Virus record (IMG/VR): IMGVR_UViG_3300031260_000091 | Coordinates: 1-29,476 of that record | Source: a virus | Lineage: Duplodnaviria; Caudoviricetes | Strand: one strand, 5' to 3' | DNA: 29,476 nucleotides | In this document: positions 1-10,000 of the stretch, piece after piece | Position numbering within the stretch: position 1 is the stretch's first letter | Layout: each line of letters opens with the position of its first letter | Translations under genes and position numbers: made by a program | Notes under the pieces: model-generated | Told to the model about the DNA's origin: nothing | The model's input: only the letters and a program-made list of their open reading frames with translations | Databases searched by the model: none

Positions 1-1
1 A

Positions 2-139
2 GCCGTTTTTGCTCAACCAGTCGCGTGTTTCCTTGTTGAGCGGGGCGGGGCAGAGTTCATCGCGGCCTGGCTCTGGCTGTGGCTCTGGGCGATTGGGGGT
101 GTCACCCTCCCAGTCCCGCCAGAACACCTGCACATCGTG
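2..139 (-). CDS. Host gene fragment interrupted by the phage end; resembles type I-G (I-U) Cas3
   Basis: Open frame HDVQVFWRDWEGDTPNRPEPQPEPGRDELCPAPLNKETRDWLSKNG. DVQVFWR...DELCP recalls a motif after the helicase core of type I-G Cas3 (from memory, unverified). Confidence 0.5.
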
Positions 140-141
140 TT

Positions 142-220
142 TGTAACGGTGCACTTAGTCTGAGACGATTTTTCGCTTATTCTGGGACTTTTTTGCACTT
201 GGCGTGGGACTTTGTGCGGG
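142..220. repeat. Tail-side phage end with three tandem transposase-binding sites (Mu attR-like)
   Basis: C(A/G)CTT-N4-TG(A/G)GAC cores with TG(A/G)GAC at 161-166, 183-188 and 205-210, an exact 22-bp period. Confidence 0.85.
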
Positions 221-301
221 GTTTTAGCGCCCGATTGTCGGGCGCACTGTACGATCGAGGAGGCCAAAGGGCTGCCCCCATTCTGGAGATAGTTGGAGAT
301 C

Positions 302-332
302 GGTAACTATCCGGCCCTGCCGGATAGTTGCC
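302..332. terminator. Strong hairpin after the last tail gene (terminator or palindromic element)
   Basis: GGTAACTATCCGG-ccctg-CCGGATAGTTGCC, a 13-bp stem with one imperfect pair, 14 nt past the stop of 346..663. No clear U-tract. Confidence 0.55.
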
Positions 333-345
333 TACTGTCCAACAC

Positions 346-663
346 TCATGCCACCACCCGCACCTCGATCCTCGTCACGGCCTGCCCATCGCGGATGACG
401 TGCTCGACGGTCTGCACGACGCCGGAGACGGGGGCGCCGTCGATGGTGAGATCCACCCTGTCGCCGATACGGATAGAGGTGTCGATGGGGAGATGGGCCG
501 TAGCGGTGGGGGCCGTCGATGCGGCCAGGGCCTCGGATGCATAGGACGCCCACATGGACTGCGGGGCATCTGCCAGGAGCGGCTCGGTGAGGTCCTGCCA
601 TGGCGACTGCCCCACAGACACGCGCCAGGGCGGCGCAGACGAGGAGATAGACACCCGATGCAT
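346..663 (-). CDS. Hypothetical distal tail protein
   Basis: Last gene of the coupled minus-strand tail operon, with a GGAGG RBS. C-terminal IGDRVDL..G.V..V.H resembles beta-strand tail-hub segments. Confidence 0.65.
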   Translation of the reverse strand: MHRVSISSSAPPWRVSVGQSPWQDLTEPLLADAPQSMWASYASEALAASTAPTATAHLPIDTSIRIGDRVDLTIDGAPVSGVVQTVEHVIRDGQAVTRIEVRVVA

Positions 664-665
664 AG

Positions 666-1220
666 CTAGCCCTCCACTGCGCCGGACACCAGCAGCATGA
701 CATACTCAGCCCCTGATGTCGGGATGACGCGATAGCAGTCGGCCTGGGCCGTCCACTCCAGCTTGACCACACACCACCCGCCTTGGTCGGCAGTGGCCCG
801 GACCAAGCGCACGCTGCGCAGGGTGCCGTCGGCATACTCTCCGCCGACCTGGATGGACCACGCCCCGTAGTCCACGGTCATGGTGGGCAGGCTCCTGGCT
901 GGCGTATCGAGCTGGACCTCGATCTCGGTCTGACCAGGCTGGGCATATTCCACCACTTCCCGGCTGTGTGTGGTGCTGGCCTGGCCCACGGCAGACACGG
1001 TGCCATGCACGGCCTCGATGGTCACCGAGGAGAGCCCGGCACGCCAGACCAAAAACCCCGGGGCCATAGATGCCGGGGCATCCCGGTAAAACTGCGTGCG
1101 CCCGGCATTGAGCCCGTCCGGGCGGTCGTCCACCTGGGCGGAGAGGTGGCCCCGGGCCTCATCAGCCGCCCCAGGCTGCTCCAGCTCCACCACGACAGAT
1201 GCGGTGATACGGTCAGGCAT
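666..1220 (-). CDS. Hypothetical tail protein
   Basis: ATG at 1220 with a GGAGG RBS, overlapping the upstream stop; tail operon context. Confidence 0.7.
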   Translation of the reverse strand: MPDRITASVVVELEQPGAADEARGHLSAQVDDRPDGLNAGRTQFYRDAPASMAPGFLVWRAGLSSVTIEAVHGTVSAVGQASTTHSREVVEYAQPGQTEIEVQLDTPARSLPTMTVDYGAWSIQVGGEYADGTLRSVRLVRATADQGGWCVVKLEWTAQADCYRVIPTSGAEYVMLLVSGAVEG

Positions 1221-2556
1221 CGATATCCTCCACGAGCACGTGCGCCGCATGCGCCCCAGGCGGCAGGGTCACCGGCAGGGCGATGCGGGCCGTGGTATAG
1301 ATGATGGTCACAGGCAGATGCGTCGGGGTGCTGGTCCACACGGCTGTCTGCCCTGGCCAGTAGCCGACCTGTACAGGGGACCCATCCCCAGCACGGGCCT
1401 GGCGGATGGACGAGATGGGCGCGCTCACCTGGGCCACGCCATCGATGAGGCCCACGGTCTCGATGATCTCCTGGTCCTCCCAGACTGGCGTTCCAGCCTG
1501 GCCGATCTCCACCACCAGGTCCACAGCGCGGCGCGGCGAGAGGGATACATAGACCGTCCTGGCATATCCATCGCCCTCGGCCGTGAGGCTGTCTGAGATG
1601 CCCCAGGAGCTCACGCGCACGCCCTGGACGGCAGATGATATGCCCCCGCCGTCTAGCGTGGCCTCCAGGCATGTTGGAGCTTGTCTGGCGGGCATCTCTC
1701 GCGGCTGCACCATAAGCACTCCGCTGGGCAGACACAGGAGCCGCCCAGAGATGGAGGCGATGCGGGCCGCAGCATCCAGGCAGGAGAGTCCCACCAGGCT
1801 GTCGATGGCTGGAGGGGCCAGGTCGTAGTCCTCCACGCCCCACGCCAGCGGCCACGGGGCACAGAGCGCAGCGCACACGTCGCTGGCCCTGCCGTTATGC
1901 AGGAGCCGACTCTCTGCCGGGATGGCAGCCAGCTCCACGGCCGAGGCCGACTGCGCCCGCACTATCCAGCCTCCATCCACTGGCGACATGCGCGAGGCCG
2001 ACACGTCCACCACCCGCAGCATCCAGGACGTCGTCCCGATGTGCAGGATCACATCCTCGCCGATGTCTGGCGGGGCCATGGCCGTGGTCACTGACGCCAT
2101 CCATGCCGGGGACGTGGACGCCTGGGTGATCTCCACGTCCAGGAGCGACCACGTGGTGACGCCGTCGGTCATGGTGGCCGCTGGCACGGTGTAGTCCACG
2201 GCACCCAGGAGGGCGTAGTAGATGGGTAGCGCCGCCTGGGCGGGCATGTCGTATCCCCAGGACGTCGGCAGTGACGAGACTGAGGCCGCAGCCGCTCCCC
2301 ACTCCATCATCAGGGCCTTGGCGGCTGGCTCTGTGGATGCCCACTGCATGGCCAGAGCCCGGCTGGCTGCCAGGGCCGCTCCCCATGTCACCGGCAGGGG
2401 CCTCTGCGCCTGCAGGGCACAGGCCCAGGAGAGGGCAAGGGTAGATGGAGCCATGGCATGGCCCCAAGATATTTCCAGGCGGGGCGCGTCAACAAACCGC
2501 CCACAAAGATCCCCAATGGTAACAGACCCAATTTTGCACTGGTTTAGAAGGCCCAT
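1213..2556 (-). CDS. Tail (hub/baseplate-like) protein with N-terminal Trp repeats
   Basis: 447 aa in the tail operon, with an approximately 14-residue Trp periodicity (LEISW/LALSW/LPVTW/LAMQW/LMMEW/LPTSW). Confidence 0.65.
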   Translation of the reverse strand: MGLLNQCKIGSVTIGDLCGRFVDAPRLEISWGHAMAPSTLALSWACALQAQRPLPVTWGAALAASRALAMQWASTEPAAKALMMEWGAAAASVSSLPTSWGYDMPAQAALPIYYALLGAVDYTVPAATMTDGVTTWSLLDVEITQASTSPAWMASVTTAMAPPDIGEDVILHIGTTSWMLRVVDVSASRMSPVDGGWIVRAQSASAVELAAIPAESRLLHNGRASDVCAALCAPWPLAWGVEDYDLAPPAIDSLVGLSCLDAAARIASISGRLLCLPSGVLMVQPREMPARQAPTCLEATLDGGGISSAVQGVRVSSWGISDSLTAEGDGYARTVYVSLSPRRAVDLVVEIGQAGTPVWEDQEIIETVGLIDGVAQVSAPISSIRQARAGDGSPVQVGYWPGQTAVWTSTPTHLPVTIIYTTARIALPVTLPPGAHAAHVLVEDIDA

Positions 2557-2571
2557 GCTCTATACCGCGCT

Positions 2572-3954
2572 CTATACAGCCAGCAAAAACCCACGCAGCA
2601 CAACTTTTGCCTGCCCAGACCCAGAGCAAACCGTTGGCACGTCCACATATATAGACTCCACGCCGACAGATCCGATCGGTGCGAACACAACGCGCTGATA
2701 TTGTTGGGTTACGTCAAAATCGCTTGGGGGGAGGATAGATGTTTTGTCGGTTGAGCTGGTCCCCACCGATATTTTAGGCACACCAGTCCATGGATATTGC
2801 GAAATCTTGATTGCCTCAATGCTTGTCACGAAAAATCGCAGTCCAGGAGGAAGCTGAATAAACTCACTTCCAGCCGGAGAAACAAGCGACAGCGGCTTGG
2901 TAACGAGTACGATTTGCGGCGCAGTCCTGTGCCGAATAACGTAATCATTGGAGCTTCTTGGGGCTGGGTCTGTTGAAATATTTGGCAGTGCAAACAGGGC
3001 GCGCACGTCGGCAACACAGTAAGTGCCCGGGCTTGCCCCATCTCCAATGGCGATAGCATGCGCCCAATTATTTGGATTGCCGCTCCCAATCGATATGCCA
3101 TATTCCCCTTGCGCCTCTGACAGGCATCCGATGGCGATGCTGTAGTTGTAGGTTACCGCTGACCGGCCGATCGCGATGCCATCATACCCATATGCGTTCG
3201 CTGCCACGCCTATGCTGACGTCGCGCGATCCGGAGCTGTTTGCGCCGTTGCCGATCGCAACGCTATCATCATAGGAGTATGCGTCCAGGCCAACGCTTAT
3301 GCACCGCTGTGAGGACGCGTTTGCGTTTTTTCCGATGCCGACACTCCCCTCCCCATCCCCTCTTGCACCATCGCCGATGGCTATAGATCCGTTTTGCGCC
3401 GTTTGGCACCCTTTGCCAATAGCGACAGTTCCGCTGCCGTTTGCATCAGCATCGCCAATCCCAATGCTCTCGCCGTCAGCATACGAGTTTTTGCCTATGG
3501 CAATACCTTTAGCCGACGCATACGCGCCCTTGCCTATAGCTACGCTGTCGCTCTCAGCCCAACACCCTTCTCCGACTGCCACATAATCTATTGCGCCTTC
3601 CGGCCCAGACGTCGGGATGTGATAACTCACGTCGATAGATCCGCTCGCGGGGCTGACGTTTGATAGACGATAGAGCAGCTCGGCACATACGCGCATATGC
3701 AGGTCGGTGCCTTCTGGTATCGTCTGACCTGTCCAGGCGGCTGTTAGTCCAATGGTTGCCAATCCATCAGTCCAATCTTGCATCCTTGCACAGCTCAAGA
3801 CTGGCGACCCTGGGATGTCGGCAGTAAGGTAGAAAGGGGCCTGCAAGACACTATATGAGTCTATGGACGATCCAGACACAACTATCGTTTCTGCACCCGG
3901 CTCCAGGTTCCCAACAAGCCGCACCGAAAACATATTGAGCATTCCGGCTTTCAT
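2572..3954 (-). CDS. Putative receptor-binding tail spike/fibre with YadA-head-like repeats
   Basis: About 14 tandem 13-14 aa (S/G)(V/I)AIG..A.A repeats. No signal peptide or autotransporter barrel; lower GC than its surroundings. Confidence 0.75.
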   Translation of the reverse strand: MKAGMLNMFSVRLVGNLEPGAETIVVSGSSIDSYSVLQAPFYLTADIPGSPVLSCARMQDWTDGLATIGLTAAWTGQTIPEGTDLHMRVCAELLYRLSNVSPASGSIDVSYHIPTSGPEGAIDYVAVGEGCWAESDSVAIGKGAYASAKGIAIGKNSYADGESIGIGDADANGSGTVAIGKGCQTAQNGSIAIGDGARGDGEGSVGIGKNANASSQRCISVGLDAYSYDDSVAIGNGANSSGSRDVSIGVAANAYGYDGIAIGRSAVTYNYSIAIGCLSEAQGEYGISIGSGNPNNWAHAIAIGDGASPGTYCVADVRALFALPNISTDPAPRSSNDYVIRHRTAPQIVLVTKPLSLVSPAGSEFIQLPPGLRFFVTSIEAIKISQYPWTGVPKISVGTSSTDKTSILPPSDFDVTQQYQRVVFAPIGSVGVESIYVDVPTVCSGSGQAKVVLRGFLLAV

Positions 3955-3966
3955 CTTTGCTTGCTC

Positions 3967-4710
3967 CTATAAATCGGCGACAAAAATCTCTCGCACTTCG
4001 TCTGTTATTGGGCAGTATGCGTGGGTTGAATATAGCTTTATGTAGAAGTGTGGGCCATCATAAAGAGGAGGCGTGTTTGTTATCCCATACTGCTTGATCA
4101 GAATAACGCCATTAGCCAATGATGACCCGTCTACAAAATAAGCAGTCCCGGCAGTATGCGGCACGCTGGCAACTTCTCTCCACCGCCACCAATCCCTGCC
4201 CCTTTTTAGGATGCCAATGCGAAATGGATATTGCACCCTGAAAACCCTCGAGGACCATCCGTAGGGGACCCCTGGCCCTTGATATTCTTGGTAATAGCTC
4301 AATGTTGTGCCAATAGTATACTTCCCTAGCCCAAGCAGCACCGGATTATATGATCCATAATAGTTTACGGTAACATCTGCGTAAGGATAATATCCAACAA
4401 CATAAAAACTTTGATATGAGTAGAGAGTGTTGCGGTTTAGGTCTGTGAAAATACCTTCCCAAAACCTGTGCATAACGTTTCTTACAAAATCAACGCATAC
4501 CCGGCCGTCTGCGTTGATATAAATGTTGTATTCTTTTGCCTCATTATATGTGCTGTCATATCCCGGGCCTGTTATCATGGCGATGGTCCCAAGCGGAACT
4601 ATCGCTATGTCTCCAATAATATGCGGGCGAAGGTGTCCAAATGGGTTTGGCTCCTCGAAAGAAAGCCATGCGCTATATGGGACTTCGTGCAAATAGGTTG
4701 CAACCGGCAC
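3967..4710 (-). CDS. Hypothetical Tyr-rich protein in the low-GC tail cassette
   Basis: 247 aa, start overlaps the upstream stop, in one of the most AT-rich stretches of the window. Confidence 0.75.
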   Translation of the reverse strand: MPVATYLHEVPYSAWLSFEEPNPFGHLRPHIIGDIAIVPLGTIAMITGPGYDSTYNEAKEYNIYINADGRVCVDFVRNVMHRFWEGIFTDLNRNTLYSYQSFYVVGYYPYADVTVNYYGSYNPVLLGLGKYTIGTTLSYYQEYQGPGVPYGWSSRVFRVQYPFRIGILKRGRDWWRWREVASVPHTAGTAYFVDGSSLANGVILIKQYGITNTPPLYDGPHFYIKLYSTHAYCPITDEVREIFVADL

Positions 4711-5768
4711 TATGCTACAAACTCCATCACTATCTGTTTTTTGTTGTTTGGATTGATCTCGTCTGCATACTCAAACGTCATCTTTGTCACGCGGACGTAT
4801 CTTATGCTTCCACAGTCTGTGTCCTGGATATCGACCGTTGTCTCCCTGCTCACCTCTGTAAGCAGCGACGGCAGTGTCGCTGCTCCGCTCTGCTGCTCAG
4901 GCTCGTCATCGATGCGCCGAATGCTGCGCTGGGCTGACGCCTTGTGCTCCCGCCACCGGTCGGCGGTGATGATGTCCTGGATGTGCGGCCGCAGCTCATC
5001 GCGCACCAGGATGACCAACGGGTGGCGGTTGAGCTGGGTGTAGTCGATCTTGTACCACAGCGGCACCGAGCGGCACAGCTCTGGCCGCGGCGAGGTGTAG
5101 TTGACGATGTCGCCGTCGATCATGTCCTTGATGGCGCCTTCGATGAGGCCGCTTTCCCACCCCTGCGGAAAATACTCGTACTCAATACGGAGCTCGTGCA
5201 CCCTGCGGCCGTAGCGCACCAGCATGGTGCCATACGTCGGCCGGTCAGCCACCCACACCCCTGGCTCCATCTCCCGCACGTCTGTGGCTGTACCGTCTGC
5301 ACCGCGCATGTCGGTGCTATAGAGGACCGTCACCGCCCCGTCGGGCTTGGCCTGGGTGGTGCGGCTGGTCTCGCCCCGCCACTCGATGCGCTCCATGGGC
5401 ACGGTCTCGGCATAGGTGGAGCGGATGCACGGCACGTAGCGCTGGGCCGCATAGCTCTCCCAGGGTGAGCCCTCGATGCGCACCCCAGATGCCCCACCGG
5501 TCACCTCTGGGGAATCGATGAGCACATCATAGGGGCCGTCACCATAGATGCGCACCACCAGCAACCCCGGCTCGTCGGGCGTGTAGATGGGCCAGTCCGG
5601 GCCGGAGGAGTAGGGTGCATTCTTTTTTTCGAGGAGTGCCCGCCACCAGTTGATCCGCGGCTGCGGATTGCGGCTCTGGCTCTCGTCGATCTCCCAGCGG
5701 ATAGATGCATCCCAGAGGCTGCCTGTGGCCTCGCTCCGGGCTGATGCGTGCTGGTAGCTGGCAGGCAT
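4710..5768 (-). CDS. Hypothetical tail protein
   Basis: ATG 2 nt after the upstream stop; the C-terminal end runs into low-GC sequence. Confidence 0.7.
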   Translation of the reverse strand: MPASYQHASARSEATGSLWDASIRWEIDESQSRNPQPRINWWRALLEKKNAPYSSGPDWPIYTPDEPGLLVVRIYGDGPYDVLIDSPEVTGGASGVRIEGSPWESYAAQRYVPCIRSTYAETVPMERIEWRGETSRTTQAKPDGAVTVLYSTDMRGADGTATDVREMEPGVWVADRPTYGTMLVRYGRRVHELRIEYEYFPQGWESGLIEGAIKDMIDGDIVNYTSPRPELCRSVPLWYKIDYTQLNRHPLVILVRDELRPHIQDIITADRWREHKASAQRSIRRIDDEPEQQSGAATLPSLLTEVSRETTVDIQDTDCGSIRYVRVTKMTFEYADEINPNNKKQIVMEFVA

Positions 5769-5770
5769 GG

Positions 5771-6736
5771 CTAGGCGCTCTCGCAGGTCACCATGAGATA
5801 GCCAGCGCTCTGGGCAAAGGCCGCAGCTCCAGGCGGTACCTGGCGGATGACCCACACCGGCACAGCCGCGGCCATGGTGCGCAAGACCACGGTATCGCCC
5901 GAGGCGATGGTCCCACCAAAGGCCCCGGCCTGGATCTTGAGCCCGGCGGCCACCCCTGTGCCCACATAGTCTGCGCCCACCGTACCGGCACCCGCAGCCC
6001 CAAGGGCCTCTCCTGTCACCGTGTAGTCCGTGGCCGAGGTAAAGGACACCGTCCAGGTGTCCTCGGCGATGGATGTGGTGGCAAGTGAGATCTTGCCCAG
6101 GTCCACGGTCACGCCAGACGAGGCGCTTACCTGCTCCACGCTGGGCTCGGCCGTGGCCACAGACATGCAGGCCGACACCCGGGACCCGCTGGCATAGGCG
6201 AGCTGAAGGGGCTGGGATGTGGTGATGGTTACTGCGCTGCCTGAGCGGGTCACTGAGGCGATGGTGGCAAACTCCTCAGCGCCCGTGGCATCCGTCGGAG
6301 AGGCCTTGGCGCTCACGCAAATGACGTCGCCTGCCACAAATCCTATGGCCGTGTAGTCCGACTCGGCCGCCACCTGGAGGGTGGACGCGCCGGCCGGCAC
6401 GCCAGCAGACAAGACTCCTGCCCCATAGATGCGCTGGGCATCGGTCTCGCTCCATGCCTCGCCCACGCGGTCCGTGCCCACAGGGCGCAGCACCAGGGCG
6501 TCCCCGGCAGAGGTCGGGGTGGCATAGATGCGGATCTGGTGGGCCACAGAGCCGTCCGCAGAGGCAAAGTGGACCCACACCTTGCGGCCGATCTTGTGCC
6601 CGCTGGCCCGCTGAGAGCTGGTGACGTCGGGGAAAAGGGCGTTTTTGACGGCCTGGATGGTGGACCCAGATATGCCGCCGGTCCCGTCGAGGTTGCGCGA
6701 AGGCCGATAGACGATGTCTGCAGTATAGATGGGCAT
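5771..6736 (-). CDS. Tail structural protein
   Basis: N-terminal NALFPDVT...R..G....RKVW motif typical of post-tape-measure proteins of transposable siphophages; beta-rich. Confidence 0.7.
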   Translation of the reverse strand: MPIYTADIVYRPSRNLDGTGGISGSTIQAVKNALFPDVTSSQRASGHKIGRKVWVHFASADGSVAHQIRIYATPTSAGDALVLRPVGTDRVGEAWSETDAQRIYGAGVLSAGVPAGASTLQVAAESDYTAIGFVAGDVICVSAKASPTDATGAEEFATIASVTRSGSAVTITTSQPLQLAYASGSRVSACMSVATAEPSVEQVSASSGVTVDLGKISLATTSIAEDTWTVSFTSATDYTVTGEALGAAGAGTVGADYVGTGVAAGLKIQAGAFGGTIASGDTVVLRTMAAAVPVWVIRQVPPGAAAFAQSAGYLMVTCESA

Positions 6737-7096
6737 CTAGTCCTCCCGTATGAGTGCGATGGTCCCGGTGCACCACTGCGCACCAGGATAGAGCGGCGAG
6801 AGCTGGACTGCCGGGCCAGATGAGTGGTCCCAGCGCACCGGGATGGCGGCACCCAGCCACTCCAGGGTCGTGCTCGTCGTGGTCTGGGAGAGGAGCACCA
6901 GGGCCTCGGCATCCTCGGCGCGGACCCAGCCATAGTCGTCCCCAGCCCGCAGCACGATCTGCCGCAGGGCCGGGCCGGAAAAGGTCACCAGCGAGCCGTC
7001 CAGGGCCACCCGGTGCACCGTGGACACGCCCGCCGACTGATAGGCGGTCTCCATCTCGATGGAGTCCATGAGGGTAATGCCTGCAAGTCTCTTCAT
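6737..7096 (-). CDS. Distal tail protein (Dit-like position)
   Basis: Directly after the tape measure gene; ALDGSLV...RQIVL...GWV pattern. Confidence 0.65.
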   Translation of the reverse strand: MKRLAGITLMDSIEMETAYQSAGVSTVHRVALDGSLVTFSGPALRQIVLRAGDDYGWVRAEDAEALVLLSQTTTSTTLEWLGAAIPVRWDHSSGPAVQLSPLYPGAQWCTGTIALIRED

Positions 7097-7097
7097 G

Positions 7098-10000
7098 CTA
7101 CACCCCCGCGGCTGTGAGCAGGCGCACGAGCCGCCGCGCCTCATCTCTGGTGGTGCTCACCCTGGCCGCCTGGCCCCGCGGCCCCTGGATGGTCAGGCGG
7201 ATCTCGCGCTGTGGCCCCTGCTGGATGGTCTGGTGGCTGTGGAGCTCCAAGCGGCCGCGGTTGAGGGCCTCCAAGAGGCCGACGCCGTACTTGCGCACCG
7301 CTGCGGCCCGCACCACATACTCCCCGGCCGAGAGCATGGCCGGGATGGAGTCCGACGTGCTGGTGCCAGGTCCAGACACCCGGCCGACGATGCGCCGCCA
7401 TGCCTGGCCACCGGCAGCCAGTCGCTGCACCAGCCCGCCCATGGCCCGCCGCTGTACCTCGCGCACGTAGATGGTGTGGGTGCTGGAGGTGTCCTTGCCG
7501 TCCAGGGAGAGGATCCGGTCCAGGACCTCCTTGGCGTTGTCCAAGATGGTGTGCTCGCTCTGGGTGGGCTGCTCCACTTGGGCTCGCATCTGCTCGATGG
7601 ATGCCGCGAGCTTTTCCCCGTCCAGCTCGGCCGGGATCTGGAGCCCGGCTGCCTCGAGGGCCTGCTGGACTGCCGGGATGTCGTCCTGCACCCGGTCGGT
7701 GGCGATGCGGGCCTGCATCTGGAGCTGTTGATTTTCTGGGTCGCTACGCAGCTCGGCAATGGCCTCTTGGGCGGCTTTAGTGTCCGCCTCCAGCTGGACC
7801 ACTACCTTCTGCGCCGCGGCCAGCTGCTTGAGCCGCTCGATGCTGGCCTTGGCTGCAGCGTCGTCCGCATCCAGCTTGACGGCGATGGCCTGGGCCTGCT
7901 GGCCTGCGAGGCCCTCGATGGCCTGGCGGATCTGCTGCAGACGGCTCATGGGCTCTTGGAGGGCCTGGGCGGCAGCAGCAGCCTGCTGCTGCATGGTCTG
8001 GCCAAAGGCCCCGATGGCCTGGTCGGCGATCTGCCCGGCCCGGGCGATCTGGCCCATGGCGGTCTGGGCAGCCTGGGCCTCGGAGATGATGGTCTGGGTG
8101 ACCGTGCGGCCACCCTGCTCCACCGTTTGGGTGACGGCCCTAGCGTTGGACTCGGCCAAGCGCATGGCGTCCTCGGCGAGCCTGCGGGCTTGGTCAAAAT
8201 TGCCTGCGGCCCGGGCCATGTCGGCCTGGGCGAGCTTCTCCTCAATCTGCCGCACCCGGTCGGCATAGGCCTCGGCCTCGCTCATGGTACGCTGCTGCAG
8301 GGCCCGGATGCGATCCTGGACGCTCATGCGCAAAAGCGCCCGGTCCTCCTCGGCGCGCTTGGCGGCCTCGGTAAAGCGCCGCTCCTCGGCGATGAGCCTA
8401 TCCACTGTGGCCCGGTAGGCGGCCTCCTGCTGCTGGTAGATGGCCATCTTGGCCTGCAGGGCCTCGGCCTCCAGGGCTGTAGTATCCATGCCAGCAGCCC
8501 GGGCGATCTCGATAGCCTGGCCGTAGGTCCGCTGCCAGGTCTCCTCCATCTGCCGCCCAGCCTGGGCCACGGCATCCACCTTGGCCTGCTCGGCCCGGCG
8601 GGTCTCTTCGGCCAGTGCCGCGATGGCGTCCCGCTGGGAGAGGCTGGAGGCCTCGATGATAGCCTGCTGGAGGGAGGACTGGAGCTCAATGGCCTGCTGC
8701 CTGCGGGCCAGGTCGGCGATGATGCTGTCGGTGGCTGCCTTATAGTCGGCCTTGAGTGCATCGATGGGCGCAGCGGCCTCCTCCATGCTGGCCTGGATCT
8801 GGGTCTTGGCCGCCTTGGCCGCCTCTCCGACACCGCGCAGCGCACCCGACACCTCCGAGAGGGCCTGGCGCTTGGCTGCCAGCGGGTCATCACTGTCCGA
8901 GGAGAGGAGATGCCAGGCATCCCAGAGCAGGGACAGACCCGTCACCACAAGCCCGATGGGACCCAGGAGCCCACCCATGGCGGTCCGCAGCGCGGCAAAG
9001 GATAGCGTCCCCATGCGCACGGCCGTGGCCAGGGCACTGGCTGCTCCAGATACCATCTGCAGCACGCCCTTGAGCCGCCCGCCCACCACGAGGATCAGGC
9101 CCCAGAGCATCTGCAGCGGCCGCCAGGCAGCGGCCAAGAGGGCTCCGAAAGCGACCAGGCGGGAGAGGGCCGGGAAGGTCGTCGCCAGGGCATCAATGGC
9201 CTGCGCCACTGCCGATAGGGCCACGGCTGCGGCGCGGATAAAAGGCAAAAAGAACCGCCCCACGGCCTCGCCCGCATTGCGCCAGGCTGCGCCTAGGCGG
9301 TTTATCTCTGCCTGGGTAGTGCCCAGCTTGAGGCTGGTAAGGTCCCGCAGGGATCGCACCAGCTCCTCGTTGCTCTTGCCTGCATGGCGCAGGGCCTCGG
9401 CCAGCTTGTCGGCATCCGAGGCCAGCTTGGCGATATTCTCGGTGTCCAGGCCCTCCTGGAAGATATCCCGCAGCACCCGCATGCGCTCCGGCGCGGTCAT
9501 CTGGCTGAGGGCCGAGAGAAACTGCATGAGCGCCGCCTTGGCGTCTGTGGCCATGGCCCGGGCAAAGGCCTTGGTGTCGCCCACCACCGACCGCAGGGCC
9601 TTGCCTGCCTCGCCGGCGTCGCTGGTGGCCAGGCGCAGACGGCCCAGCATGGTGCGCATGGCTGTGCCAGCTTGCTCGGCGGATGCGCCCAGGGAAATAA
9701 AAGTTGTGGCAAGCGCAGCCGTCTCCTTGGCAGTGAGGCCAAACTGCCGCCCTGACGCCCCCCCTAGCTTGAGGGCCTCGACGATCTCGCGTTCCGAGGC
9801 TGCGGCATTGTCAGCTAGCTCGTTGATAGCCCCGGCGAAGGCCTCCATGTCCTGAACGCCTAGGCCGAGGACGTTCTTGAGCTTGGCCATGGCCTGGCCG
9901 GCCTCCTCGGGCATCATGTCCCATGCCATGGCAGCCTGGGCCACGACCCGGGTAAAGGCTAGGAGCTCATCCTTGGCCACGCCTGTCTTGGCTGCTGACG

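Noticed and set aside
133-137. CATCG / CATCC (29379-29383) as a target-site duplication with shifted ends
   Set aside because: The match is imperfect and shifting the ends destroys the exact TGT-to-TGAGAC register they share.
346-5768. Invertible G-like segment or diversity-generating retroelement in the tail region
   Set aside because: No invertase or reverse transcriptase, all genes are co-oriented, and no flanking inverted repeats or template/variable repeat pair was seen by eye.
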